This document shows, piece after piece, positions 28,822-38,865 of a stretch of DNA of 64,000 nucleotides. The notes beneath the pieces are model-generated. The model did not search any database, was not told where the DNA came from, and worked only from the letters and a program-made list of their open reading frames with translations. The translations under genes were made by a program, and so were the position numbers. Origin of the DNA: an uncultured Aliarcobacter sp. (GTDB lineage: Bacteria; Campylobacterota; Campylobacteria; Campylobacterales; Arcobacteraceae); assembly GCA_963677435.1 (NCBI GenBank), contig OY781945.1:704001-768000 (forward strand), given 5' to 3'. Every line of letters begins with the position of its first letter. Position 1 is the stretch's first letter.

Positions 28822-30888
28822 TTGATGTATAAAAGTAATTCTTATTATCAAGAGGTTTTTGAAAATATTACAGAAGCTATTTTTTTATTAGAAGGTCAAA
28901 ATTATGTTAATGCTAACTCATCTGCGTTATCTCTTTTTAAAATAAAATCAAAAGAAGAACTCTTTTTATATCATCCTTTTCAATTAGCCCCTGAGTATCA
29001 ACCTGATGGTGAATTATCATCTAAAAAAGCTAAAAAAATGGTAGCTATTTGTCATAAAAATGGTGAACATACATTTGAATGGGTATCAAAATCCACTGAT
29101 GGAGATTTACTCTTTGTAGAAGTAAATTTGAAAAAAGTACTCATAGACGACAAAGAACTAATAATTAGCAAATTAAAAAATATTGAAAATAGAAAAAATA
29201 CAGAAAAAGAGTTAATAAAACAAAAACAGATAATTGAACAAAAAGATGAATACATTCAAAAAATAAATGAAATTTTATTAGAAAATAAAGATAACGAGAA
29301 TTTACTTGAATCATTAATTTTATTAGAAGGTTATAAAAAAGCTCTTGATGAAAGTTCAATAGTTTCAAAAACAGATTTAAAAGGTGTTATTACTTATGTA
29401 AATGATAACTTTTGCGAAATTTCAGGATATAAAAAAGAAGAATTAATTGGTGAAAATCATAATATTATCAGACATCCAGATACTGAAAAAGATTTTTTTA
29501 AACACTTATGGGAAACAATAAATAATAAAAAAGTATTCAAAGGTGTAATTAAAAATAAGAAAAAGAACGACCAAGCATATTATGTAAATTCTACTATTAT
29601 TCCTATATTAGATAAAAATAATGATATTCTTGAATATATAGCCATTAGAAATGATATTACATCTTTATTTGAGAAAGATGAATTAATTTATGAACAATTT
29701 ACAGATGAATTAACCTCTTTACCAAATAGACAAAAACTCTTAAAAGATTTAAAAAAATTAGTTAATCCAAAACTTGCAATTATCAATATTGATAGATTTA
29801 AAGATATAAATAACTCTTATGGTATAGAAATAGGGGATGAAATATTAAAAAGATTTGCAAAAAGATTGATGATTTTTAAAAGTACAAATTTGAATATTTA
29901 TCGAATTTCAGGAGATATATTTGCCTTTTTAGCTTTTGGTAATTTTAAAATAGAAGAATTACGAAAAACATCTATTAATCTTATTACTTTATGTGATAGA
30001 GAAAGTTTTATCATCGAAGATAATAGTTTTGATATCTCTTTTACAATAGGAATGGCTGATTCTGATGAAAAGTTATTAACTCATGCAGAAATAGCACTAT
30101 TTTGGGCAAAAAAAATTAATATAGATATTGGAGTTTTTGATGAGCAAATGCCAATATACAGAGAATTAAAGAAAAATATACAGTTAACAAAAGATATAAA
30201 ACAAGCATTAAAAGATGATAGTATTTTGATGTATGGACAAAAAATTATAAATAATAAAACAAAAGAGATTAAATACGAAACATTGATGAGAATGCAACTT
30301 CCTAGTGGAAATATTTTATCTCCTTTTGTATTTTTAGAACATGCAAAAAAAGCAAGACTTTATCCTATGATGACAAATAAAATGATTGAAAAATCTTGTG
30401 ACTACTTTAAAAATAAAGATACGATTTTTTCTATAAATTTAATGATAGAAGACATTAAAAATGAAAAAACAGTAAATTTCTTATTTACAAAATTAATGGA
30501 AACAAATCTTGCAAATAGAGTTATTTTAGAAATAGTAGAATCTGAGGGAATTGAGAAATTTGAAGAGGTTGGAAATTTTATCAGAAAAGCCAAAGCACTT
30601 GGTTGTAGCGTTGCAATTGATGATTTTGGAACAGGTTATTCAAATTTTGAATATATTATAAAATTAAATGTAGATTTTCTAAAAATAGATGGTTCTTTGA
30701 TTAAAAATATTCATATAAATGATAATGTTAGATTAACGGTTTCTACTATTGTAAACTTTGCTAAGGTGCTTGGTATTCAAACTGTTGCAGAGTATGTGCA
30801 TTGTCAAGAGGTTCAAGATGTTGTGGAGTCTTTGGGAATAGATTTTTCACAAGGTTATTTATTTCATGAACCTGAGCATTTGGTTTAG
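28822..30888 (+). CDS. PAS-PAS-GGDEF(degenerate)-EAL protein, likely c-di-GMP phosphodiesterase
   Basis: PAS motif (ITYVNDNFCEISGY..HNIIRHP); SGDIF replaces GGDEF; YETLMR, EIVE, DDFGTGYS, KIDG. Confidence 0.92.
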   Translation: MMYKSNSYYQEVFENITEAIFLLEGQNYVNANSSALSLFKIKSKEELFLYHPFQLAPEYQPDGELSSKKAKKMVAICHKNGEHTFEWVSKSTDGDLLFVEVNLKKVLIDDKELIISKLKNIENRKNTEKELIKQKQIIEQKDEYIQKINEILLENKDNENLLESLILLEGYKKALDESSIVSKTDLKGVITYVNDNFCEISGYKKEELIGENHNIIRHPDTEKDFFKHLWETINNKKVFKGVIKNKKKNDQAYYVNSTIIPILDKNNDILEYIAIRNDITSLFEKDELIYEQFTDELTSLPNRQKLLKDLKKLVNPKLAIINIDRFKDINNSYGIEIGDEILKRFAKRLMIFKSTNLNIYRISGDIFAFLAFGNFKIEELRKTSINLITLCDRESFIIEDNSFDISFTIGMADSDEKLLTHAEIALFWAKKINIDIGVFDEQMPIYRELKKNIQLTKDIKQALKDDSILMYGQKIINNKTKEIKYETLMRMQLPSGNILSPFVFLEHAKKARLYPMMTNKMIEKSCDYFKNKDTIFSINLMIEDIKNEKTVNFLFTKLMETNLANRVILEIVESEGIEKFEEVGNFIRKAKALGCSVAIDDFGTGYSNFEYIIKLNVDFLKIDGSLIKNIHINDNVRLTVSTIVNFAKVLGIQTVAEYVHCQEVQDVVESLGIDFSQGYLFHEPEHLV

Positions 30889-30893
30889 TGAAT

Positions 30894-31100
30894 CTACTTT
30901 TTCTTTTTAGTAAAGAAAAAGTAGCAAAAAGAAAAGCGTTCGCGAAGTTTCAAAATAGCTAAAAAATTTATAGAAATTCTAAAATTTACTGTGCTTGCAC
31001 TCTCTTTGAGAAAACTCGACTCCGTGCCTTCGTCTCAAACAGTTCAAATTTCTTTACGAATTTATATAAATTTTTCTTTACGCTATTTTGAAAATGTTCA
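30894..31100. repeat. REP/MITE-like long palindromic intergenic element
   Basis: Hairpin CTACTTTTTCTTT-TTAGT-AAAGAAAAAGTAG; arms TTTCAAAATAGC/GCTATTTTGAAA; apex AACTCGACTCCGTGCCTTCGTCTCAAACAG. Confidence 0.6.
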
Positions 31101-31109
31101 CATTTAAAA

Positions 31110-31505
31110 TCAATTTAATATCCATTCTTTTTCAATTCTAGATAACATTAAAGATATTTTCTCTTTTCGTACATAAAAATCAGAATTTTTCATTCCTCCT
31201 ATTATCGTTTGTCCTGAATTAAATACTATTTTCTTTTCTTCTTCATTTAAATTATCTTTTATAAAACCCCAATATGAAGAAAATTGAATATCTTCAATAT
31301 TTTCTGCTTTATCTAGTACTTGTCTAAGATTTGAAATTAAATTAATTCTATATTCTAATATCTTTTGTTTATTTTCATATTTAAATTTAATCTTTGGCCC
31401 AAGGTAAATTGAAATAAGTCCAGATATAAGACCTGATATAATAGTTATTAATGCTAATATAATAGGTGATAATTCTTTTGTAGTCGTTAACCATTCCTTA
31501 TCCAT
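31110..31505 (-). CDS. Hypothetical protein with N-terminal TM helix
   Basis: 131-aa ORF with AAGGA SD, directly downstream of tex. Confidence 0.7.
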   Translation of the reverse strand: MDKEWLTTTKELSPIILALITIISGLISGLISIYLGPKIKFKYENKQKILEYRINLISNLRQVLDKAENIEDIQFSSYWGFIKDNLNEEEKKIVFNSGQTIIGGMKNSDFYVRKEKISLMLSRIEKEWILN

Positions 31506-31525
31506 AATTGTTCCTTTTGTGTTAT

Positions 31526-33640
31526 TTATAATCTCAAACTCAAGCCAACCCTCTGTTTCTCCAAATCAATACTAATAACTTTAATATTTTTCAACTGTTG
31601 ATTTATGCTTAAAACATCCATTGGATGTGAGATTCTTTTTTCGCTTATTTGCGAGATGTGAATTAAGCCATCATTTTTTAGGCCAATATCTACAAAAGCT
31701 CCGAAGTCTGTGATGTTTCTTACAACTCCACTTATTATGAAACCTTCTTTTAGGTCTTCTATTGTTTTTATATCTTTTGAAAACTCTACTGTGTCAAATT
31801 TACTTCTTACATCGTAACCTGGTTTTAGCAGTTCTGCGATTATATCTTTTAGAAGTAAAATAGGGCAGTTTAGCTCTTTTGAAATTTCTTCAATTTGATT
31901 ATCTTTTATTTCTTCTATTTTGTATTTTTTTTGTAGCTTTTCAACTACATCGTAGTTTTCTGGATGAATAGCTGTATTATCTAAGATACTTTTTCCATCT
32001 TTAATTCGTAAAAATCCAACTGATTGTTCATAAGCTTTTGCTCCTATTCCTTTTACTTTTAGAAGTTCTGCTTTTGTTTTGAAGTTTTTGATTTTTTCTT
32101 TATGTTCTATTATATTAAGAGCTAGTTTTTCTGAGATTCCTGAGATAAAAGAGAGTAGTTTATATGAAGCTGAGTTTATGTCAACTCCTACTTTATTTAC
32201 TAAATCCACAGTTACATTTTCTAGTTTAGCACTTAACTCTTTTTGATTTACATCGTGTTGATATTGTCCAATTCCTAGTGATTTTGGGTCAATTTTTACT
32301 AAAGCTGCCATTGGGTCACGAAGCCTTTGAGCTATTGAAATTGCACCTCTTATTGTTACATCTAGATTTGGATATTCCATCATTGCTATTTTTGAAGCTG
32401 AATAAACACTTGCTCCTATTTCACTAACAACTGCATATTTTACATCTAAGTTATTCTCATTTATCAATTTTGATATAAATGCTGCTGTTTCTTGGGATGC
32501 TGTTCCATTTCCTATTGCTATTGAGTTGATTTTATATTTTTTGATAAGCTCTAAAACTACTTTTGAAGAGTTTACAAAATCCTCTTTTGGTTTGGTTGGA
32601 TAAATCACATTTGAAGCTAGATAATTTCCATTTTCATCAATTACAGCTAATTTACATCCACTTACAAAGCCAGGATCCATTCCTAAAATCACTTGATTTA
32701 CAAGAGGAGGAGTAAGAAGTAGCTCTTTTAGATTTTTTCCAAAAAGTGTGATTGCTTCACTTGATGCTTTCTCTTTTAGTTCACTCAGAGCTTCTCTTTT
32801 TAGACTTGGAAGAAGTAGTCTTTTTAGTCCATCTTTGTAGGCTTCAAAAACTAACTCTTTTGAGCTTGATGCACTTGATGGGATTTTATATTTTTTTATA
32901 TTTTCTAAAATATAGTTTTCATCAACTTCGATTTTTACTGTTAGCTCTTTTTCATTTACAGCTCTATTGATTGCTAGAAATCTATGTGATTTTATATATT
33001 TTACTTTTTCACTTACATTTGCAACACTTACATAAACGCCATTTTCATTAAATGTTTTTGTTTTTTTAGTCTCTAAAATTCCATAGTTTAAAACTGTATT
33101 TCTAATCACTTCTTTTGTTCTAAAATCATCGGCATATCTTTGGGCGATAATATCACTAGCTCCATTTATTGCATCTTCTATAGTTGTAACTTCTTTATTT
33201 ATAAACTGTTTTGCTTTTTGGTTTATTTCATCAAGTGAATATTTCATTGATTGAATAATATTAGCAAGTGGTTCAAGTCCATTTTCAATAGCAGTTGATG
33301 TTCTTGATGATTTTTTATCTTTAAAGGGTGCGTAAATATCTTCTAACATTTGTAAAGTTGTGGCACTATTTATGTGATTTTGGATTTTTTCATCTAAAAA
33401 ATTTCTCTCTTTTAAAATAGAGATAATTTCTTCTTTTCTTGTTAGAAGTTTTAGTGAATAATTATATATATCTTCAAAATCACGAAGTTGTTCATCTGTA
33501 GCATTTGAAGTTAAATCTTTTCTATATCTTGCAATAAAAGGAATCGTACAACCATCTTCTAAAAGTTTTAGTATGTTTTGAATAACACCTTTAGAAAATG
33601 AGGTTTTTTGCTCTAGTAAGTTTATTAAATTATCAGTCAA
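31526..33640 (-). CDS. tex: Tex transcription accessory protein (YqgF, HhH and S1 domains)
   Basis: TIPFIARYRK, GMDPGF..GCK, GQYQHDVNQ, VRNITDFGAFVDIG. Confidence 0.96.
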   Translation of the reverse strand: MTDNLINLLEQKTSFSKGVIQNILKLLEDGCTIPFIARYRKDLTSNATDEQLRDFEDIYNYSLKLLTRKEEIISILKERNFLDEKIQNHINSATTLQMLEDIYAPFKDKKSSRTSTAIENGLEPLANIIQSMKYSLDEINQKAKQFINKEVTTIEDAINGASDIIAQRYADDFRTKEVIRNTVLNYGILETKKTKTFNENGVYVSVANVSEKVKYIKSHRFLAINRAVNEKELTVKIEVDENYILENIKKYKIPSSASSSKELVFEAYKDGLKRLLLPSLKREALSELKEKASSEAITLFGKNLKELLLTPPLVNQVILGMDPGFVSGCKLAVIDENGNYLASNVIYPTKPKEDFVNSSKVVLELIKKYKINSIAIGNGTASQETAAFISKLINENNLDVKYAVVSEIGASVYSASKIAMMEYPNLDVTIRGAISIAQRLRDPMAALVKIDPKSLGIGQYQHDVNQKELSAKLENVTVDLVNKVGVDINSASYKLLSFISGISEKLALNIIEHKEKIKNFKTKAELLKVKGIGAKAYEQSVGFLRIKDGKSILDNTAIHPENYDVVEKLQKKYKIEEIKDNQIEEISKELNCPILLLKDIIAELLKPGYDVRSKFDTVEFSKDIKTIEDLKEGFIISGVVRNITDFGAFVDIGLKNDGLIHISQISEKRISHPMDVLSINQQLKNIKVISIDLEKQRVGLSLRL

Positions 33641-34367
33641 GTATTACCTCTTTAAAATCACTTCTTGTGTTGTTTGTTGGTTTGTTTGAAGCAGCTCTAA
33701 CTGTGTAAACAAATGATATTTTTGGAGTATCTGTTATATTTTTACTTGCATGATGCAGTGTTTTACAGTGAAATAATACAACATCACCCTTTTGAAGATT
33801 TGTATGAACTTTTGTTTTTATAAGTTCAATATTTTCTGGATGTGTATCTAAAAAATTGCTTTTTTCATCAAATTGATCTTTTTTAAAAGTAATTTTATGT
33901 GAAGTAGGAATAAATTCTAAAAGACCATTTTCTATAAATTCATCTCCAAGACTTAACCATACAGATACTAAATTATTATTCTCAAAATTCCAATATCTTC
34001 TATCTTGATGCCAAAAAGTTCTAGTGCTTTCATGGGGAAGTTTAGTCATAATAGAGTTATGGTGAGCTAAAGTTAAAACTGGAGTATCATTTAAAATTTG
34101 TTTTAAAATAGGTCTAATTTTCTCATTTGTCATCCAGTTTTTGAAAACTTCTTCTCTATCATAAACTTGTCTTAGTCTTCGTACAGTAACTTTGTCTATC
34201 TCTTTTTGCATATATTCTTGTTCAGTTTCAATTGGAGCAATTTTTTGTTCTAGATGAGATTTAGCTTTTGCTAAAATCTCATCACAAAGTTCACTATTTG
34301 CAAAGTTTTTAAGAAGTAAGAATCCATTTTCATGGAATTCTTTTAGTTGATTTTCATCTAATATCAT
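33633..34367 (-). CDS. Phytanoyl-CoA dioxygenase (PhyH) family protein
   Basis: FHENGFL, WHQD, GDVVLFHCKTLHHASKN. Confidence 0.92.
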   Translation of the reverse strand: MILDENQLKEFHENGFLLLKNFANSELCDEILAKAKSHLEQKIAPIETEQEYMQKEIDKVTVRRLRQVYDREEVFKNWMTNEKIRPILKQILNDTPVLTLAHHNSIMTKLPHESTRTFWHQDRRYWNFENNNLVSVWLSLGDEFIENGLLEFIPTSHKITFKKDQFDEKSNFLDTHPENIELIKTKVHTNLQKGDVVLFHCKTLHHASKNITDTPKISFVYTVRAASNKPTNNTRSDFKEVILD

Positions 34368-34420
34368 GGTTTCTCTTAATATTTATAATTTGGTGTAATT
34401 ATAGTAAAAAAAACTTTTTT

Positions 34421-35131
34421 TTAATTGATAATAGCATTATGCCATTGAACTAGAGTTATTCTTCTTCCTTGATTTACCTTTAAAACTTCATGGGTAAAAA
34501 ATGGATTACTTAAAAATACTAACATAGTTCCGGCTTTTGGTTTTATTTTTATCTCATTTCCATCTTTGTCATATAAAAAGTTAAATAAAAGTTCTCCACC
34601 TGTAAAGGTATCATCACTTATATTTTCATCATATGTTGTTGTAAATAAAACTGTTGAGATTTTTCTTTGTTTTGCAACGGGAAGAAAACCTACTAATTGT
34701 TCATCTTTATATAACATACTTGAATCATCACTATGCATGGTATAAAATGAGTCTTTTAAATATTCTAAAACTTGAACTTCAGTTGAAGTTGTAAGTGCTA
34801 TTTTAAAATAATCTTCGATTAAGGCTTGATATTCTAAAAATCTATTTGTGTATAAATCTAAATATTTTTCACCTAATGAATATATATTTGTTTTTCTAAT
34901 TTTTTCATTTGTTTCTGAAGATATTACTGTATCTATAGTTTTTATTTGTGCTTTTTGATAGTCATCATCTTCTTTGATTTGCTTATTAATCTCTTTACAG
35001 TCATGAATACTTAGAAAATTGTCAATAATCAAATAAGGATAGTCATAATATGGGTTAGGTAATAATTTAGTTTCAATGTCAAATGTAATTAAGAAATCAG
35101 CACAATATATATTATTGCTAATTTGTGTCAT
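34421..35131 (-). CDS. 2OG-Fe(II) oxygenase (prolyl-hydroxylase-like)
   Basis: YTMHSD, RKISTV, FTGGEL, HEVLKVNQGRRITLV. Confidence 0.9.
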   Translation of the reverse strand: MTQISNNIYCADFLITFDIETKLLPNPYYDYPYLIIDNFLSIHDCKEINKQIKEDDDYQKAQIKTIDTVISSETNEKIRKTNIYSLGEKYLDLYTNRFLEYQALIEDYFKIALTTSTEVQVLEYLKDSFYTMHSDDSSMLYKDEQLVGFLPVAKQRKISTVLFTTTYDENISDDTFTGGELLFNFLYDKDGNEIKIKPKAGTMLVFLSNPFFTHEVLKVNQGRRITLVQWHNAIIN

Positions 35132-35155
35132 TTACCACCTTTCATAAACATATGT

Positions 35156-35560
35156 TTATGAAAGTTGCTTAGTAAGATTTTTTAAATCACCAAGTACCCA
35201 AATATCTACAATTTTCCCATCTCTAAATTTAAAAAAAGATGCTCCATTATAGACAATTTTATTATTAGTTGGTTCATAATCGAATAACTTACCAGTATGT
35301 CGTCCATTATATAAAGCTTTTACTGCAATATTTTCATCTTCACAAACCATAGTAATAATACTATGAAAAAGGTTTGGAATAGCAATATGCATAGTATCCA
35401 TATATTTTTCGAACTCTTTTTTTCCTACAACTGAAATATCTAAAGAACCGTGAAAAGTTATCTCATCATCAAATAAAATGTCAATATAATCTTTATTGTG
35501 TTTATTCCATAATTCATTGTAATATAATTTTACTAACTCTTTATTAGTCAATTTCTTCAT
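35156..35560 (-). CDS. SnoaL-like ester cyclase family protein
   Basis: NKELVKLYYNELWN, GRHTG, FKFRDGKIVDIW; start ATG 35560. Confidence 0.88.
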   Translation of the reverse strand: MKKLTNKELVKLYYNELWNKHNKDYIDILFDDEITFHGSLDISVVGKKEFEKYMDTMHIAIPNLFHSIITMVCEDENIAVKALYNGRHTGKLFDYEPTNNKIVYNGASFFKFRDGKIVDIWVLGDLKNLTKQLS

Positions 35561-35774
35561 GATTTCCCTTGTGGTTTGAACTATAATCATCATCAAAATC
35601 ATAGTTATCATATTCATCATAATCTACAGTAAACATTTTTGCATAACCTAGCTTTTGAAGTTCTTTGTCAATATTCTCTTCTGTCAATCTATTTTTTACT
35701 CTATCCATGATTAATTCAATGTGCTCTTCACTAACATTGTTTGCTCTTAATTCATAAATAATCGCTAAATCCAT
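35544..35774 (-). CDS. Small acidic hypothetical protein
   Basis: 76 aa with GAGG SD and an Asp/Tyr-rich tail (DYDEYDNYDFDDDY). Confidence 0.75.
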   Translation of the reverse strand: MDLAIIYELRANNVSEEHIELIMDRVKNRLTEENIDKELQKLGYAKMFTVDYDEYDNYDFDDDYSSNHKGNHEEID

Positions 35775-35818
35775 AATTTTAATTCCTCTAATTAATATAT
35801 ATTTATTTTGATTTTAAA

Positions 35819-36916
35819 TTACTTTATATTAGGCTTTTTATCAATATATAAACTGCTTAACATATATAAAATTGTTTTAACAGACTTTATAGAAGCTGTT
35901 TCCTCAACCGTATGATAACCTGTTGTTGGTATTTGTAAAGTTGAACCTTGAATAGATCCTTTCGATTCCATTACGATTCTACCAAGTTCTGTACTTCCAA
36001 GAGTAAGTAAAGGTAAGTTTTTCTCTTTTCTTATTTTGTTTTTCTCTTGAATATAAGTATCTTTACATGAAAAATCAATTCGATTTTTATGGCAGAAATT
36101 TTTTAGTTGTTTTAAAACAGGAGATTTAAATCGTGCATTTGCATCTCTATTTCTTAAAACTACTTGTTGAACTTCAGCTTCAATTCTTGTATCATAAGGA
36201 CTTGTATCTAGAACTAATAATTCATTTGTTGTTACTTTATTTTTTCTAAACCACTCATAAACATATCTCCAAGATTTTCCAGCTTCTTCTTGTGCTGTAA
36301 AAAATGCTGTTCCTTGAAATCCATTTTGGTATAAATAGATAATAATAGCAGCACTAATAACATTATCAAGTTGAGCCGAGATTAAATCATCTTCAATATT
36401 GAGTCTATCGCTAAATGCAATTGGTGTTCCTGGTTGCAAGTGAGATAAACCTTCAATTTCAAAAACCAAGTTATTAACTTCTTCACACATGAAAGCATCA
36501 GTAATTTTACCAATTCCTAAATAACCTCCACTCCAAGGTTCGTAAGCTTGTACTTGTTGATTTATGTATCTTTTTGCAATTAACTGATAAGTTTGCTCAG
36601 ATAGAGAATTCCCTCTTAAATCAGAACGGTTTTTTGCAAGAAAGGCAGCAAATTGGAATTCATTTGGGCCTGTACAAATAACACCATGTCTATCAATGTG
36701 TGCACTTAGCATTCCTTTTGTAGGATTTTTACCTTGAGCAACTAATAAACCATCATAATATTGAGTTTGTATACCAATTTCTTCAAGTTCTCTTTTTAAA
36801 TACAATAAAAATGAGTGTTCAGCACCAGTTACTGATGGAACTCTTATTAATTGTTTTAATAAGTCGAGGAAATGTACAAAATTCATAACGGGTTCATTTG
36901 TAGATGAACTATCCAA
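35819..36916 (-). CDS. M42/M28-type zinc metallopeptidase family protein
   Basis: PSVTGAE, SAHIDRHG, AQLDN, AQEEAG, GYHT; AGGAG SD before TTG. Confidence 0.85.
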   Translation of the reverse strand: MDSSSTNEPVMNFVHFLDLLKQLIRVPSVTGAEHSFLLYLKRELEEIGIQTQYYDGLLVAQGKNPTKGMLSAHIDRHGVICTGPNEFQFAAFLAKNRSDLRGNSLSEQTYQLIAKRYINQQVQAYEPWSGGYLGIGKITDAFMCEEVNNLVFEIEGLSHLQPGTPIAFSDRLNIEDDLISAQLDNVISAAIIIYLYQNGFQGTAFFTAQEEAGKSWRYVYEWFRKNKVTTNELLVLDTSPYDTRIEAEVQQVVLRNRDANARFKSPVLKQLKNFCHKNRIDFSCKDTYIQEKNKIRKEKNLPLLTLGSTELGRIVMESKGSIQGSTLQIPTTGYHTVEETASIKSVKTILYMLSSLYIDKKPNIK

Positions 36917-37278
36917 TTTATTCTCCTGGAAATTTTAGATAGAATAAGGCTGTAGGAAGCTAGATTAAATACTTTACGATTTAATTCTTATTCTATGCTG
37001 TAATTATAAACCATAAAAAAAAGAAATTTCCTGAAAGAAATCTTAAAATTATTTTTGCCATTAAAAAGCCCTAAAAATCGCTGACAATAAAGAATAAATA
37101 AATTTTTTAAGATGGAGATTTAATAAATATTATGAAAAAATCTTCAAAAAATAATCGATTTTAATCTAAAGTATTTTAATCAGGATTAAATTTATTTATT
37201 TTTTATAAAAATAAGATATAATTTTGAAAATAAAGATATTAAAAAACACAAATGAATATATAAAAATAGGAGAAAAAG

Positions 37279-38865
37279 ATGGCAAAAGAGTTATCAGCAC
37301 TAGAGCAGTTAAAAGCTTCAAGAAATCCTTTAAGAGTAATTGATGATGTATATAAAGAAGCACTAGAAGGTGTTCCTTTAAAAGATGAATATATTGGACT
37401 TTTAAAATGGTATGGAATGTATCCTCATATTAATAGTGATGGAAGAGAAGATAAAAAATATTTTATGAAAAGAATTAAATTAGTTGATACTAAGATGAAT
37501 TTAGAGCAATTAAAAGTTATGGCTAAAATTGGTCAAGAATATGCTCAAGGTTTAGTTGACTTTACAACTAGACAAAATGTTCAGTTTCACTATATCCAAA
37601 TCAAAGATATGCCAGCTATTTTAGAGTTGTTAGAATCAGTTGGATTAACTTCAAGAATGGCATCAGGTGATGGACCAAGACCAATTATGACTTGTCCTGT
37701 AAGTGGAATAGATGAGGGTGAAATTATTGATGCTGCAAAACTTGTAAAACAAGTTGATACATATTTTGATGTAAATGAAGATAGATTCTGTAACTTCCCT
37801 AGAAAATACAAAATTGGAATTTCAGGATGCAAATGTCACTGTGCAGCTCATGAAATTCAAGATGTTGCTTTTACAGGTTTTAAAACTGAAAATGGTGAAG
37901 TATTATTTGATTTAACTATTGGTGGAGGATTATCAAAATCAAAACAAATAGCTACTCGTGCAAACAGATATGTAAAACCTGAACAAGTTCAAGATGTTGC
38001 AGTTGCTTGTGCTGAAATCTTTAGAGACAATGGAAATAGAGATAATAGAAATAAAGCAAGAGTTAGACACCTTTTAAATGACTGGGGAATTGAAAAATTC
38101 GTTGCTGAAATTGAAAAAGTTATTGGATATTCTTTACAAGAAGGTTTAGTTGAACCAAAAATTGCTTCATTTGAAAATAGAAATCACTTTGGAATAAATA
38201 AAGCTCAACAAGAAGGTGAGTCTTATATTGGATTTGCTACAAACTCTGGAAGAGTAGCTGGTGAAGATTTTCAAGCTATGTATGATATTTGTAAAAAATA
38301 TAATGCTGCTGGTTTATCTTTAACTGCTACTCAAAACTTTATTATTTATGGTGTAAAAGATGAGGTAGCTGAAGATTTAGCAAATGAAATTGCAGAACTT
38401 GGATACCCTTATGCACCAACGCCTTTTAGAGCAAGATTACAATCATGTACAGGAAAAGAGTTCTGTAAATTTGGTATTACTGAAACTAAAGAGTTTGCAA
38501 AAAAAGTTTTAGTTGAACTTGAAGAAAGATTCCCTGAGTTTACAGAAGATGTAACTATCTCTATTTCTGGATGCGGAAATGGATGTTCTCAACCACAAAT
38601 TTCTGATATTGGATTTGTTGGTGGAATGATTAGACACGAAGGTGAAAGAGTTGAAGGTTATGAAGTTCTTTTAGGTGGAAACTTAGAAGGTGTTAATGGA
38701 AGTAGAATTTCAAGAAAAGTTGGAGTAAAAGTTCCAGCAACTGGATTAGTTAATTATGTTGGACAATTAATAAATGATTATAAAGCTGATAATTTAGGTC
38801 AAAAAAGATTTAAAGACTATTTAGCAGTTTTACAACCAGCTGGCGCTGTGAGTGAAGAGGATTAA
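37279..38865 (+). CDS. Ferredoxin-dependent sulfite/nitrite reductase (siroheme)
   Basis: KWYGMY, DFTTRQNVQ, PRKYKIGISGC, SCTGKEFCKFG, SGCGNGC. Confidence 0.92.
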   Translation: MAKELSALEQLKASRNPLRVIDDVYKEALEGVPLKDEYIGLLKWYGMYPHINSDGREDKKYFMKRIKLVDTKMNLEQLKVMAKIGQEYAQGLVDFTTRQNVQFHYIQIKDMPAILELLESVGLTSRMASGDGPRPIMTCPVSGIDEGEIIDAAKLVKQVDTYFDVNEDRFCNFPRKYKIGISGCKCHCAAHEIQDVAFTGFKTENGEVLFDLTIGGGLSKSKQIATRANRYVKPEQVQDVAVACAEIFRDNGNRDNRNKARVRHLLNDWGIEKFVAEIEKVIGYSLQEGLVEPKIASFENRNHFGINKAQQEGESYIGFATNSGRVAGEDFQAMYDICKKYNAAGLSLTATQNFIIYGVKDEVAEDLANEIAELGYPYAPTPFRARLQSCTGKEFCKFGITETKEFAKKVLVELEERFPEFTEDVTISISGCGNGCSQPQISDIGFVGGMIRHEGERVEGYEVLLGGNLEGVNGSRISRKVGVKVPATGLVNYVGQLINDYKADNLGQKRFKDYLAVLQPAGAVSEED

